From NCBI GenBank assembly GCA_963803975.1, contig CAWDOY010000054.1, positions 96,001-160,000 of the forward strand: 64,000 bases of DNA, given 5' to 3'. Below, one piece after another: positions 19,717 to 28,734 of this stretch (within the stretch, counting starts at the first letter, position 1; the number at the start of each line of letters is the position of its first letter). This DNA is from an uncultured delta proteobacterium (GTDB lineage: Bacteria > Desulfobacterota > WTBG01 > CAIYCZ01). The notes beneath the pieces were generated by a model, which searched no databases, was not told where the DNA came from, and was given only the letters and a program-made list of their open reading frames with translations. A program made the translations under genes and the position numbers.

Positions 19717-20439
19717 ATGACGCATCTCAGAGCAGAATCGCTGGTTAAATGTTTCGGTGAGAAAAAGGTTGTCGATACTATTTCCCTGGATGTGCAGCGC
19801 GGTGAAATTGTGGGCCTGCTGGGGCCCAATGGCGCCGGTAAAACCACCACCTTTTATATGATGGTCGGCCTCTATCAGCCTGAAGGCGGAAAGGTTTATC
19901 TTGACGGCACGGATATTACTGATTATCCGATGTACCTGCGGGCGCGCATGGGCATCACCTATCTGCCCCAGGAAACCTCCATCTTCAGGAAGCTCACCGT
20001 TGAAGAGAATATCCTGGCTATTCTGGAAACACTTCCGATCACCAGGGACGAGATGCTGGAGCGACTGGAAGAGCACCTCAAGGAACTTAACATAACCGGC
20101 ATTGCCAAACGCAAGGCATTTCTGCTTTCAGGGGGGGAGCGGCGCCGGGTTGAGATAACCAGAGCGCTGGTAACATCGCCTTCCTTCATTCTCTTTGATG
20201 AACCGTTTACCGGGGTTGACCCGATCGCGGTTCACGAAATACAGAATATCATCCTGCGTCTTACGTCCAGGGGTATCGGGGTTATCATCTCTGACCATAA
20301 CGTCAGGGAAACCCTGGGCATATGTCAGCGGGCCTATATTATTCATGATGGTAAAGTTCTTGAGGAAGGCGAACCGCAGAAAATTGTGGAAAGCAGAAAG
20401 GCGCGCAGCATTTATCTCGGGGAAAAATTCAGCATGTAA
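19717..20439 (+). CDS. lptB: LPS export ABC ATPase
   Basis: GPNGAGKTT, YLPQETSIFRKL, LSGGERRRVEI, DHNVRETL. Confidence 0.98.
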   Translation: MTHLRAESLVKCFGEKKVVDTISLDVQRGEIVGLLGPNGAGKTTTFYMMVGLYQPEGGKVYLDGTDITDYPMYLRARMGITYLPQETSIFRKLTVEENILAILETLPITRDEMLERLEEHLKELNITGIAKRKAFLLSGGERRRVEITRALVTSPSFILFDEPFTGVDPIAVHEIQNIILRLTSRGIGVIISDHNVRETLGICQRAYIIHDGKVLEEGEPQKIVESRKARSIYLGEKFSM

Positions 20440-20448
20440 CAATTAAGC

Positions 20449-20529
20449 AGGGTCACAGAGGTCAAGGGTTCAAGTGAATGCAGACAAATAATCACTTGAA
20501 CCCTGGACCCCTTGAGCCCCTTGAACCCT
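20449..20529. repeat. Inverted octamer array, AGGGTTCA class (copy 1)
   Basis: (AGGGTTCA-like)x3 AGTGA - 14 nt - TCACT (TGAACCCT-like)x4. Confidence 0.9.
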
Positions 20530-20543
20530 TAATGTAGAACTAT

Positions 20544-21968
20544 ATGGCATACGAACTCAAACAGCAACTCAAACTAACCCAGCAATTAATAATGACGCCG
20601 CAGTTGCAGCAGGCTATAAAACTGCTGCAGCTTTCAACGCTTGAGCTGTCAGACCTGCTGCAGCAGGAAATAAATGAGAATCCGGTGCTTGATGAAATAC
20701 TCGGAGACAGTGAGAAAGATCGGGAGCTTGCAGAGGACGGAGCGCCGGTTGACAGTGCGCCCGACCCTCTCCCTGAGTTAGACGGCAAGCCGGAGTTTGA
20801 CTGGAGAGACTACGTTGACAAGTCAGCCATGCCCCGGAGCAGCACTTCCTATCAAAGCGAGGACCGGGACGAATTTGAACCAATAATAACCAAGCGGAAC
20901 TCGCTCGTTGATCACCTGATGTGGCAGCTGCATCTTCACCTTTTGAGCGAGGTTGAGCAGACGATCGGTGAATATATCATCGGCAACCTGAATAAGGATG
21001 GATACCTGCAGACCACGGTTGACGAGATTGCCCGGGACTGCGGCGCGGACGAAGAGACCATAGAAACGGTCCTGGAAAAGATCAAAAAACTTGATCCGGT
21101 CGGCGTTGCCTCGCGGACGCTGCAGGAATGCCTTCTGGCGCAGGTGGAGCTTCTTCCCGGCGATCAAACCCTGGTTAAGCGTATCCTGCAGCAGCAGATG
21201 TCAAACCTGGAGGGACGGCGCTATCAGCTCATGGCCAAGGATTTAAAAGTGTCTCTGGAGGAGATCGTGCATGCCTCCCAAATCATATCCAATATGGAGC
21301 CCCGGCCGGGACGCGGCTTTAGTGACAATGAGACCCAGTATGTTGTGCCGGACATCTATGTATATAAGCTGAATGATGACTATGTGGTGGTTTTCAACGA
21401 GGATGGGCAGCCCAAGCTGCGCATCAACTCGTTCTATAAAAAAGCCCTGGCTGACCCGGAACTGTATTCACCGAAGACCAGGGACTACATCCAGGAAAAG
21501 CTGCGCGCGGCCGTGTGGCTGATCAAGAGCATTTACCACCGCCAGGGGACCATCGTCAATGTTATGAAGAGCATTATAAAATTCCAGCGGGATTTTTTTG
21601 ACCACGGCGTCGGCAACCTCAAGCCGCTGGTATTGCGGGATGTGGCAGAGGACATCAGCATGCATGAATCCAATATCAGCCGGGTCACCACCAATAAGTA
21701 TGTCCATACCCAGCACGGGGTGTTTGAGCTGAAATATTTTTTTAACAGCGGCCTCACTTCTGACAGTGGTGAAAACATTGCCTCGGAGAGCGTGAAAAAC
21801 AAGATCAAGGAGCTGCTGCAGACTGAAGACCCGCACAAACCCCTCAGTGATCAGGATTTTGCAGACACCTTCAAGCTCCAGGGTATTAATATTGCCCGCA
21901 GAACTGTTACCAAGTACCGGGAGATGTTAGGCATTCTCTCTTCGTCAAAGCGCAAAAAACTGTTTTAA
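20544..21968 (+). CDS. rpoN: RNA polymerase sigma-54 factor
   Basis: MTPQLQQAIKLLQL, ELKYFF, ARRTVTKYRE RpoN box. Confidence 0.99.
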   Translation: MAYELKQQLKLTQQLIMTPQLQQAIKLLQLSTLELSDLLQQEINENPVLDEILGDSEKDRELAEDGAPVDSAPDPLPELDGKPEFDWRDYVDKSAMPRSSTSYQSEDRDEFEPIITKRNSLVDHLMWQLHLHLLSEVEQTIGEYIIGNLNKDGYLQTTVDEIARDCGADEETIETVLEKIKKLDPVGVASRTLQECLLAQVELLPGDQTLVKRILQQQMSNLEGRRYQLMAKDLKVSLEEIVHASQIISNMEPRPGRGFSDNETQYVVPDIYVYKLNDDYVVVFNEDGQPKLRINSFYKKALADPELYSPKTRDYIQEKLRAAVWLIKSIYHRQGTIVNVMKSIIKFQRDFFDHGVGNLKPLVLRDVAEDISMHESNISRVTTNKYVHTQHGVFELKYFFNSGLTSDSGENIASESVKNKIKELLQTEDPHKPLSDQDFADTFKLQGINIARRTVTKYREMLGILSSSKRKKLF

Positions 21969-22016
21969 CCGTATTGCGTTACTGTCAAAAATTTTATGAA
22001 AAAAAGGAGTATGTTT

Positions 22017-22312
22017 TAACCACAGAGGTCACAGAGGTTTTCTCTGTGTTCTCAACAAAACAATAAATGGTACTATAATAATAAAAAAAATAAATGCATC
22101 ATACCCTGTTTTACAGCATAGAAGGGTAGCGCTACTGATATCCTTTGCCGGGCTGATAAAAAAGTCAGCGCTCAGATACCTTGTTCCGGAGCAAAAATTA
22201 AAAGAAGAGGAAAAAGAGAATAAGCAATGTAGAGAACACAGAGGGGAGGGTAATAAAATTGCTGCTACCTCCTTGCAATATACTATTTTCTCTGTGCGCT
22301 CCGTGGTTAGTT
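22017..22312. repeat. AACCACAGAG-class arms bracketing ~250 bp of AT-rich DNA
   Basis: TAACCACAGAGGTCACAGAG 22017, CTCTGTGTTCTC 22042, GAGAACACAGAG 22232, CTCTGTGCGCTCCGTGGTTA 22290. Confidence 0.75.
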
Positions 22313-22347
22313 TTTAACAATACAGAATATTGCCAAGAGGAGCTATT

Positions 22348-22890
22348 ATGGAAATTACCGTCACCTTTCGCCACTTAGAATCAACCGATGCACTCAGGGA
22401 CTATGCCAGGGAAAAAGTGTCGAGAATAAAGAAGTATGTGGGCACACCTGCCGAAGCGGCGGTGATTCTGTCACTGGAAAAGCGCCGCCACCAGGCAGAA
22501 ATCACCTTAAACACCGATGGTATAACCATTAACGCCAAAGAGGTCACCGAAGACATGTATTCATCCATTGACCTTGCGGTGGATAAGCTGGAGCGCCAGG
22601 CAAAAAAACACAAAGAGAAGATAAAAGACCACAAACCCGGCGCTGCAAGAGAACGCACGGCACGCTATAATATTCTCTCTTCTCAGCAGGAGGAACAGGC
22701 TCTGCGGGGACGGATCATCAAGACCGAAAGCGTTTTTATAAAACCCATGTCTATCGATGAGGCCATAATGCAAATCGACGTGATGAACAGTGACTTTATG
22801 GTATTTACCAATGCTGAAACGCAGAAGGTAAATGTCCTCTATCGCAGACGGGATGGCAACCTGGGGCTTATAGAGCCGGAAAATGTATAA
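22348..22890 (+). CDS. hpf: Ribosome hibernation promoting factor (long HPF/RaiA)
   Basis: ITVTFRH, DMYSSID...KLERQ, KPMSIDEA, VLYRRRDGNLGLIE. Confidence 0.95.
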   Translation: MEITVTFRHLESTDALRDYAREKVSRIKKYVGTPAEAAVILSLEKRRHQAEITLNTDGITINAKEVTEDMYSSIDLAVDKLERQAKKHKEKIKDHKPGAARERTARYNILSSQQEEQALRGRIIKTESVFIKPMSIDEAIMQIDVMNSDFMVFTNAETQKVNVLYRRRDGNLGLIEPENV

Positions 22891-22929
22891 ATCTGCAGCA
22901 GCAAACAATAAGATGCCGCATATGCTGGT

Positions 22930-23397
22930 ATGAAATTTTGTGACATTCTCAGCGAAGAGTTGATAATTCCTGATCTTCAGCAGACAGAAAAAACCAGGGT
23001 CCTGGAAGAGCTGGTCAGCCATCTGTCAGCTGCCGTGGAAGGGATTAATGCCGGCGAGCTGCTGGCAGTTCTCCAGGAGCGGGAAAAGCTCGGCAGCACC
23101 GGCATTGGCGACGGGGTTGCCATTCCTCACGGGAAATTAAAGGAGCTGAAGAAACTGCTTGCGGTGTTCGGAAAAAGTACGCGCGGGGTTGCATTCAATT
23201 CTATTGATGGCAGACCGGTGCATCTCTTTTTTTTACTGGTCGCGCCGGAAAATTCCGCCGGGGTGCATCTGAAAGCCCTTGCACGCCTGTCCCGGCTGCT
23301 TAAAAACAATGGCTTTCGGCAGAAACTGATGGATGGTGCAGATGCCCGGAGCCTTTACCAGGTGATTGTTCAGGAAGATGAGCAGTATGTTGTTTGA
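22930..23397 (+). CDS. ptsN: PTS EIIA (Ntr/fructose type)
   Basis: REKLGSTGIGDGVAIPHGK, HLKALARLSR. Confidence 0.93.
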   Translation: MKFCDILSEELIIPDLQQTEKTRVLEELVSHLSAAVEGINAGELLAVLQEREKLGSTGIGDGVAIPHGKLKELKKLLAVFGKSTRGVAFNSIDGRPVHLFFLLVAPENSAGVHLKALARLSRLLKNNGFRQKLMDGADARSLYQVIVQEDEQYVV

Positions 23398-23548
23398 ACA
23401 GTGATTGCACAGCCCGTTCACCATCCCCGCTCCCATGGTTATTACCGGTAGCCGCCGTGCACCAGGGCTGGATAATCCCCCCTGAACGGAAGCTCTTACT
23501 CCCGGTCCTCCTTTTTCTTCCACCAAGCGTAATACAAAAGAAGCGTGT

Positions 23549-24412
23549 ATGAGAGAGCTTAGAATCATCATCATTAGCGGACTTTCCGGTACCGGAAAAA
23601 GTACCGCGCTGAAGACCCTGGAGGATCTCGGGTTTTTTTGCGTTGATAATCTGCCGGTGCTGCTGCTGCCTAAATTTATTGAGCTCTTTCAGCTCTCAAC
23701 CCTTGATGTGTCAAAAATCGGGCTGGTGATGGATGTGCGCGAGCGCGAATTCCTTAAAGAATATCCGCACATGTGTGACCTGCTGCAAGGCTTGGGCTAC
23801 CATATCGAGCTGCTGTTTCTGGAATCATCGGATGAGGTGCTCATCCAGCGGTTCAGTGAAACCCGGCGGCAGCATCCCTTAAGCGACGAAGGTTCAGTAG
23901 CCGAAGGCATCCAGATAGAGCGGGAAAAGCTCGGGGAGCTGAAGTCCCGGGCGGATAAAATTATCGACACCTCAGAATTAACGGTGCATCAGCTGCGCAT
24001 GCTCCTGGAGGAGTTTTTTCAGCAATCGTCAACCCGCGGCATGCACATAACGTTCATGTCCTTCGGTTTTAAATACGGGGTGCCCCACGATATTGATATG
24101 CTGTTTGATGTGCGGTTTTTACCAAACCCGTATTTTGTGAGCGAGTTGAAGGACCTCGATGGCACTGACCCGCGGGTAGCAGACTATGTGTTTCGCTGGC
24201 AGGAGACGCAAGGGTATCTGCAGAAGCTGCAGGACTTTATCTCCTTTCAGCTGCCGCTCTTTGAGCGCGAGGGCAAAACCTATCTCACCCTCGCCATTGG
24301 CTGTACCGGGGGCCGTCACCGTTCAGTGGTTATTGCCGAGCATCTCAAGGAACTGTTTTCCCGGGGCAAATCTGACGTGTATATAAACCACCGTGATTTA
24401 AAGAAGCAATAG
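23549..24412 (+). CDS. rapZ: RNase adapter / P-loop protein RapZ
   Basis: GLSGTGKS, CVDNLP, ETRRQHP, SFGFKYG, DVRFLPNP, GCTGGRHRSV. Confidence 0.97.
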   Translation: MRELRIIIISGLSGTGKSTALKTLEDLGFFCVDNLPVLLLPKFIELFQLSTLDVSKIGLVMDVREREFLKEYPHMCDLLQGLGYHIELLFLESSDEVLIQRFSETRRQHPLSDEGSVAEGIQIEREKLGELKSRADKIIDTSELTVHQLRMLLEEFFQQSSTRGMHITFMSFGFKYGVPHDIDMLFDVRFLPNPYFVSELKDLDGTDPRVADYVFRWQETQGYLQKLQDFISFQLPLFEREGKTYLTLAIGCTGGRHRSVVIAEHLKELFSRGKSDVYINHRDLKKQ

Positions 24413-24584
24413 GCGGTGTTGCCACAGTCCTGCCGAAAAAGCTTCCGTCCCGTTCAGGCGGGAATGAAAAAGACAGACAGCAAAAAACGTAAACACTCAT
24501 TACCGAAAGGCACGCTCCGCGCTTACGAATCTTTTTATCGATTCGGGGAGCGCGGAAATCACACAAGCAAGGAGAAATTATATA

Positions 24585-24986
24585 ATGGTTGGTATTGTTC
24601 TTGTCGCCCACTGCAATTTAGCAGAGGAATTTTTGCAGGTGTTGAGGCTGATTGGCGGAGAAGTTGATAATTTCTACCCGGTCCGCTTTAACCCTGATGA
24701 CTCTCCGGAAGATTCGCTCCGGAAGATTGCTGCTGCGGTTAAAAAAACTGACCGCGGCAAAGGGGTTATCATTTTGACGGACATGTTCGGCGGTACACCC
24801 TCTAATCTGAGCCTGACACTGCTGGAAGAGGGGAAGGTGGAGGTGGTCACCGGCGTTAATCTCCCGATGCTCATTAAACTGACGCAGAGCCGGGAAAAAA
24901 ATATCAGACTGTTTGACCTGGCCCAGGAGATAAAATCATGCGGTCAAAAAAATATCTCTGTGGCAAGTGATATACTGAAAAAGTAG
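24585..24986 (+). CDS. PTS EIIA, mannose/fructose family
   Basis: GIVLVAH, LTDMFGGTPSN, GVNLPMLI. Confidence 0.93.
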   Translation: MVGIVLVAHCNLAEEFLQVLRLIGGEVDNFYPVRFNPDDSPEDSLRKIAAAVKKTDRGKGVIILTDMFGGTPSNLSLTLLEEGKVEVVTGVNLPMLIKLTQSREKNIRLFDLAQEIKSCGQKNISVASDILKK

Positions 24987-24993
24987 ACCGTAT

Positions 24994-25082
24994 AGCGGGT
25001 ACCAGGTGAACAGGTAAAAAAGGCCAAAAGGTAACCGTTAACTACACCTTTTAACCTCTTCACCTCTTTGCCTTTTTACCTT
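24994..25082. repeat. Inverted octamer array, AAAAGGTA/AAGAGGTT class
   Basis: CAGGTGAACAGGTAAAAAAGGCCAAAAGGTAA ... CACCTTTTAACCTCTTCACCTCTTTGCCTTTTTACCTT. Confidence 0.85.
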
Positions 25083-25113
25083 AAGGGCACTACCGGCAGC
25101 TTGTAGAGCAGCT

Positions 25114-25623
25114 ATGGACATTACTGTCACCGAGATGAACGAACAGCACCTTGAAGCGGTGCAGGCAATCGAGCAGAGTTCCTTTATCGCGCCGTGGTCA
25201 ACGCAGCTCTTTAAGCAGGAACTGCAGCTGGCGGTTGCCCTGTCACTCATTGCAGCCATCCGGGAAGACGGCAGGGAAAAGGTTATAGGCTATTTTTGTG
25301 CCTGGATAGTGGAGGATGACTGCACCGTGTTAAGAATTGCCTGCCATCCGCAGCACCGCCGCCGTGGCATCGGCAGCATACTGCTGCAGCAGGGGCTTAC
25401 CAAGGCAGGGGAGCGCGGTGCCCGCAGGGCATCCCTGGAGGTGCGTCCCTCCAATGAGTCGGCGCTGGCGTTTTATCGCGCCTGCGGATTTACCATCGCC
25501 GGCGTGCGCAAGGGCTATTACCCGGAGACCGGCGAAGATGCGCTGGTTATGCAGCTGACGTTAGCCGTACCTCCGCACGGCAGCGGTAAACAATCAGCAG
25601 GCAGCGTTACCATACCTTCCTGA
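25114..25623 (+). CDS. rimI: Ribosomal-protein N-acetyltransferase
   Basis: IEQSSFIAPWS, RRRGIG, LEVRPSN, RKGYYPETGEDALVM. Confidence 0.92.
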   Translation: MDITVTEMNEQHLEAVQAIEQSSFIAPWSTQLFKQELQLAVALSLIAAIREDGREKVIGYFCAWIVEDDCTVLRIACHPQHRRRGIGSILLQQGLTKAGERGARRASLEVRPSNESALAFYRACGFTIAGVRKGYYPETGEDALVMQLTLAVPPHGSGKQSAGSVTIPS

Positions 25624-25632
25624 TCGGGTTTC

Positions 25633-26505
25633 ATGGTGATGAAAGAGGAAACAGTACTTCCCCGGATACATGACGCAGAGCTTCTGTATAACAGAGCTGT
25701 TGCTCCCGGCCTTTTTCGGATGCGCGTGCACTGCGCGGCTGTTGCCCGGCAGGCATGGCCCGGGCAGTTTATCATGCTGCAGGTAAGCGACCACACCGAC
25801 CCGCTCCTCAGGCGTCCGTTCAGCCTCTGCGGAACAGATGGCGAGACCCTTGAGATACTCTACCGGGTAGCAGGCCGGGGCACATCCATCATGACAGCCT
25901 GGAAAGCGCAGCAGGCGGTACATCTTATCGGGCCCCTGGGAAAGGGGTTTTCCATCCCGGATGGCATGAAAACAGCGTTTTTAGTGGCGGGCGGTATTGG
26001 CATCGCGCCCCTGTTGTTTCTGCTCCAGCACCTTGATACGCAGCAGCAGGTGACCGGCAAAAAGATTTTTCTGGGCGGCAAAACCGGGGATGATATCAGG
26101 GTGCTTGAAGATTTTAGACCGCTCCCTGCCGATATTTTTATTGCTGCCGAAGACGGGGCAGCCGGGTTCCACGGCCTTGTCACCGATCTTTTCACCGGAC
26201 ATATTGAGCAACACGCGCACCAGTATCTGCAACAGGCCGCTATTTTCAGCTGCGGCCCCCCGGCCATGGCACAGGCAGTGACTGCCATAGCAGCGCGCTA
26301 CGGACTTGCCTGCCAGTTGTCGCTCGAAGCGACTATGGCATGCGGCATCGGCGCGTGTCTTGGCTGTGCAGTTAAAACCAGGCCTTGTGCCGCAGATGAC
26401 CATGCCGGTGCTCATGAGCGCGGCAGCATGGCATTTCAGTATAAGCGGGTATGCGCGGAGGGCCCGGTCTTTAACAGCAGAGAACTGGTGTGGGAGCAGG
26501 AATAG
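25633..26505 (+). CDS. pyrK: Dihydroorotate dehydrogenase electron transfer subunit
   Basis: PGQF, LRRPFS, GGIGIAP, CGP, MACGIGACLGC, RVCAEGPVF. Confidence 0.95.
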   Translation: MVMKEETVLPRIHDAELLYNRAVAPGLFRMRVHCAAVARQAWPGQFIMLQVSDHTDPLLRRPFSLCGTDGETLEILYRVAGRGTSIMTAWKAQQAVHLIGPLGKGFSIPDGMKTAFLVAGGIGIAPLLFLLQHLDTQQQVTGKKIFLGGKTGDDIRVLEDFRPLPADIFIAAEDGAAGFHGLVTDLFTGHIEQHAHQYLQQAAIFSCGPPAMAQAVTAIAARYGLACQLSLEATMACGIGACLGCAVKTRPCAADDHAGAHERGSMAFQYKRVCAEGPVFNSRELVWEQE

Positions 26506-26588
26506 GGTTCCAGGATTCAAGGGTTCTAGGGTTCAAGTGTTATTGTACATTTCACTTGACCCCTTGGACCCAGGACCCCTCGAACCCT
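26504..26588. repeat. Inverted octamer array, AGGGTTCA class (copy 2)
   Basis: x4 AGTG - 13 nt - CACT x4; overlaps the pyrK stop codon. Confidence 0.9.
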
Positions 26589-26599
26589 GTATAAATATT

Positions 26600-27538
26600 A
26601 TGAACAAACATGCACAGCAGACAGACATTGATCTCTCCGTCACCATCGCCGGCATTCGGCTCAAGAATCCGGTCATGGCGGCATCCGGCACCTGCGGGTA
26701 CGGAGAAGAACTGGCATTGTTTCTGGACCTGAACTGCCTCGGTGCGCTCGTTACCAAGGGAGTATCGCTGCACCCCAGCCAGGGAAACCCGCCTCCCCGG
26801 ATTGTGGAAACCCCGTCAGGGATGCTCAATGCGATCGGCCTGCAGAATGTCGGGCTGGAGGAGTTTGCCACAAAAAAACTCCCCTTTCTGAGACAGTTTC
26901 AGACACCGGTCATCGTCAACTGTTATGGAAAATCAACTGAAGAATACACTGAACTGTGCAGCAGGCTGAGTGCAATAGAGGGGATTGCAGGGCTTGAAGT
27001 GAACATTTCCTGCCCCAATGTGAAAGAGGGGGGGATATGCTTTGGCACTGACCCGGCGCGAGCGCATGCGCTGGTCCGAGCGGTGCGCCGGGTGACCGGC
27101 CTGCCCCTGATTGTGAAACTTTCACCCAATGTGACCGACATTGCACTGATTGCCCGGAGCGTGGAAGATGCGGGGGCTGATGCACTGTCAGTGACCAACA
27201 CCTTTACCGGTATGGCGGTAGATATTCAAACCTGCCGGCCGAAGCTCGCTAATATTACCGGTGGCCTCTCCGGGCCTGCTATCAGGCCCCTGTCCCTGAG
27301 GATGGTCTGGGAAACGGTGAAGGCTGTCTCCATCCCGGTGATAGGGCTGGGCGGGATCATGGCAGCAGAAGATGCCCTGCAATATCTCATCACCGGCGCT
27401 CGTGCAGTCCAGATAGGCACTGCCCTGCTGGTACATCCCGATGCGCCGCTAAACATCATTGCCGGGATAGAAGAATATATGAGGGCGCGCCGTTGCTCTT
27501 CAATAAACGATATTATCGGCTGTCTGAAACTTCCCTGA
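26600..27538 (+). CDS. pyrD: Dihydroorotate dehydrogenase 1B catalytic subunit
   Basis: NPVMAASG, GNPPPRIVET, NAIGLQN, NISCPN, KLSPN, GGLSG. Confidence 0.97.
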   Translation: MNKHAQQTDIDLSVTIAGIRLKNPVMAASGTCGYGEELALFLDLNCLGALVTKGVSLHPSQGNPPPRIVETPSGMLNAIGLQNVGLEEFATKKLPFLRQFQTPVIVNCYGKSTEEYTELCSRLSAIEGIAGLEVNISCPNVKEGGICFGTDPARAHALVRAVRRVTGLPLIVKLSPNVTDIALIARSVEDAGADALSVTNTFTGMAVDIQTCRPKLANITGGLSGPAIRPLSLRMVWETVKAVSIPVIGLGGIMAAEDALQYLITGARAVQIGTALLVHPDAPLNIIAGIEEYMRARRCSSINDIIGCLKLP

Positions 27539-27548
27539 ATAGAAAAGC

Positions 27549-28625
27549 ATGGTGAAGAAAAGAAAGAAGACCTGTCAAATCCATGTTGGCCCGGTCTGCA
27601 TCGGCGGCGCTGCTCCCGTGAGCGTCCAGTCGATGACCAAGACCGATACCCGGAATGCGCGGGCAACGCTGGCCCAGATTCGCCGGCTTGAGAAGGCCGG
27701 GTGCGAGATTATCCGGGTTGCTGTCCCTGATGAGGCTGCGGCAGCCAGTCTGCCTGCGATCGTGAAAAATTCGCGCATACCGGTGATTGCTGACATTCAT
27801 TTTCACCACCGGCTGGCTCTTAAGGCGATAGCTGCAGGTGTTGCAGGACTGCGGCTCAACCCGGGCAATATCGGCAGCCGGCAGAAGATAGCAGCAGTGC
27901 TTGAGCAGGCGCGCGATCGCGGCATATCCATCCGTATCGGGGTCAATTCCGGGTCGCTGGAAAAGGACATCCGCAAACAGTACGGGGGCCCGACGCCTGA
28001 GGCACTGGTGGAGAGTGCGCTGCGCAGCATCGAACTGTTTGAACACCTGGCCTTTACCAGTATAAAAGTCTCAATAAAATCTCCTGACGTTGTGACCACG
28101 GTTGATGCATACCGGCTCCTTTCGCGCAAAACCCGCTACCCGCTGCACATCGGCATTACCGAGGCCGGGACCCTGTTCTCCGGCACGATAAAATCTGCCG
28201 TGGGCCTGGGAATACTCCTGTCTGAAGGGATCGGCGACACCCTGCGGGTTTCCCTGTCAGCCGACCCGGTTGAAGAAGTGCGCGCCGGGTTTGCCATACT
28301 TAAAGCACTGGGCCTCAGGCAGCACGGGCCTGAGATTATCTCCTGTCCGACCTGCGGCAGATGCCAGATTGATGTAATCTCTCTGGCGCGTACCATTGAG
28401 GCAAAACTCTCATCCATGAAACTTCCCGTAAAAATAGCCGTGATGGGCTGCGAGGTGAACGGGCCGGGAGAAGCCCGGGAAGCTGACATCGGCATCGCCG
28501 GCAGCCGCAGCAAAGGCGTTCTGTTTAAACGGGGAGTCATCATACGGCGGTGTGATAAGAGCGATCTGCTCGAAGAATTTTACCGGGAACTTGCAACGCT
28601 CACTGAAGAAAAAACTGAAGAATGA
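27549..28625 (+). CDS. ispG: HMBPP synthase
   Basis: VQSMT, IADIHF, RLNPGN, RIGVNSGS, SCPTCGR, MGCEVNGPGEA. Confidence 0.98.
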   Translation: MVKKRKKTCQIHVGPVCIGGAAPVSVQSMTKTDTRNARATLAQIRRLEKAGCEIIRVAVPDEAAAASLPAIVKNSRIPVIADIHFHHRLALKAIAAGVAGLRLNPGNIGSRQKIAAVLEQARDRGISIRIGVNSGSLEKDIRKQYGGPTPEALVESALRSIELFEHLAFTSIKVSIKSPDVVTTVDAYRLLSRKTRYPLHIGITEAGTLFSGTIKSAVGLGILLSEGIGDTLRVSLSADPVEEVRAGFAILKALGLRQHGPEIISCPTCGRCQIDVISLARTIEAKLSSMKLPVKIAVMGCEVNGPGEAREADIGIAGSRSKGVLFKRGVIIRRCDKSDLLEEFYRELATLTEEKTEE

Positions 28626-28693
28626 AACCACAGAGAGAAAGCTAACAGCTGATAGCTGTCAGCTGACAGCCGGTACTAATTTTCTCCCTGGTT
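28626..28693. repeat. Nested array: AACCACAGAG arms around TCAGCTA-class heptamers
   Basis: AACCACAGAGAGAAA-[GCTAACAGCTGATAGCTGTCAGCTGACAGC]-TTTCTCCCTGGTT, starting right after the ispG stop. Confidence 0.75.
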
Positions 28694-28734
28694 ATAAATT
28701 TTGAAAATCATGTGGACATGGAAAGGAAGTTGTT

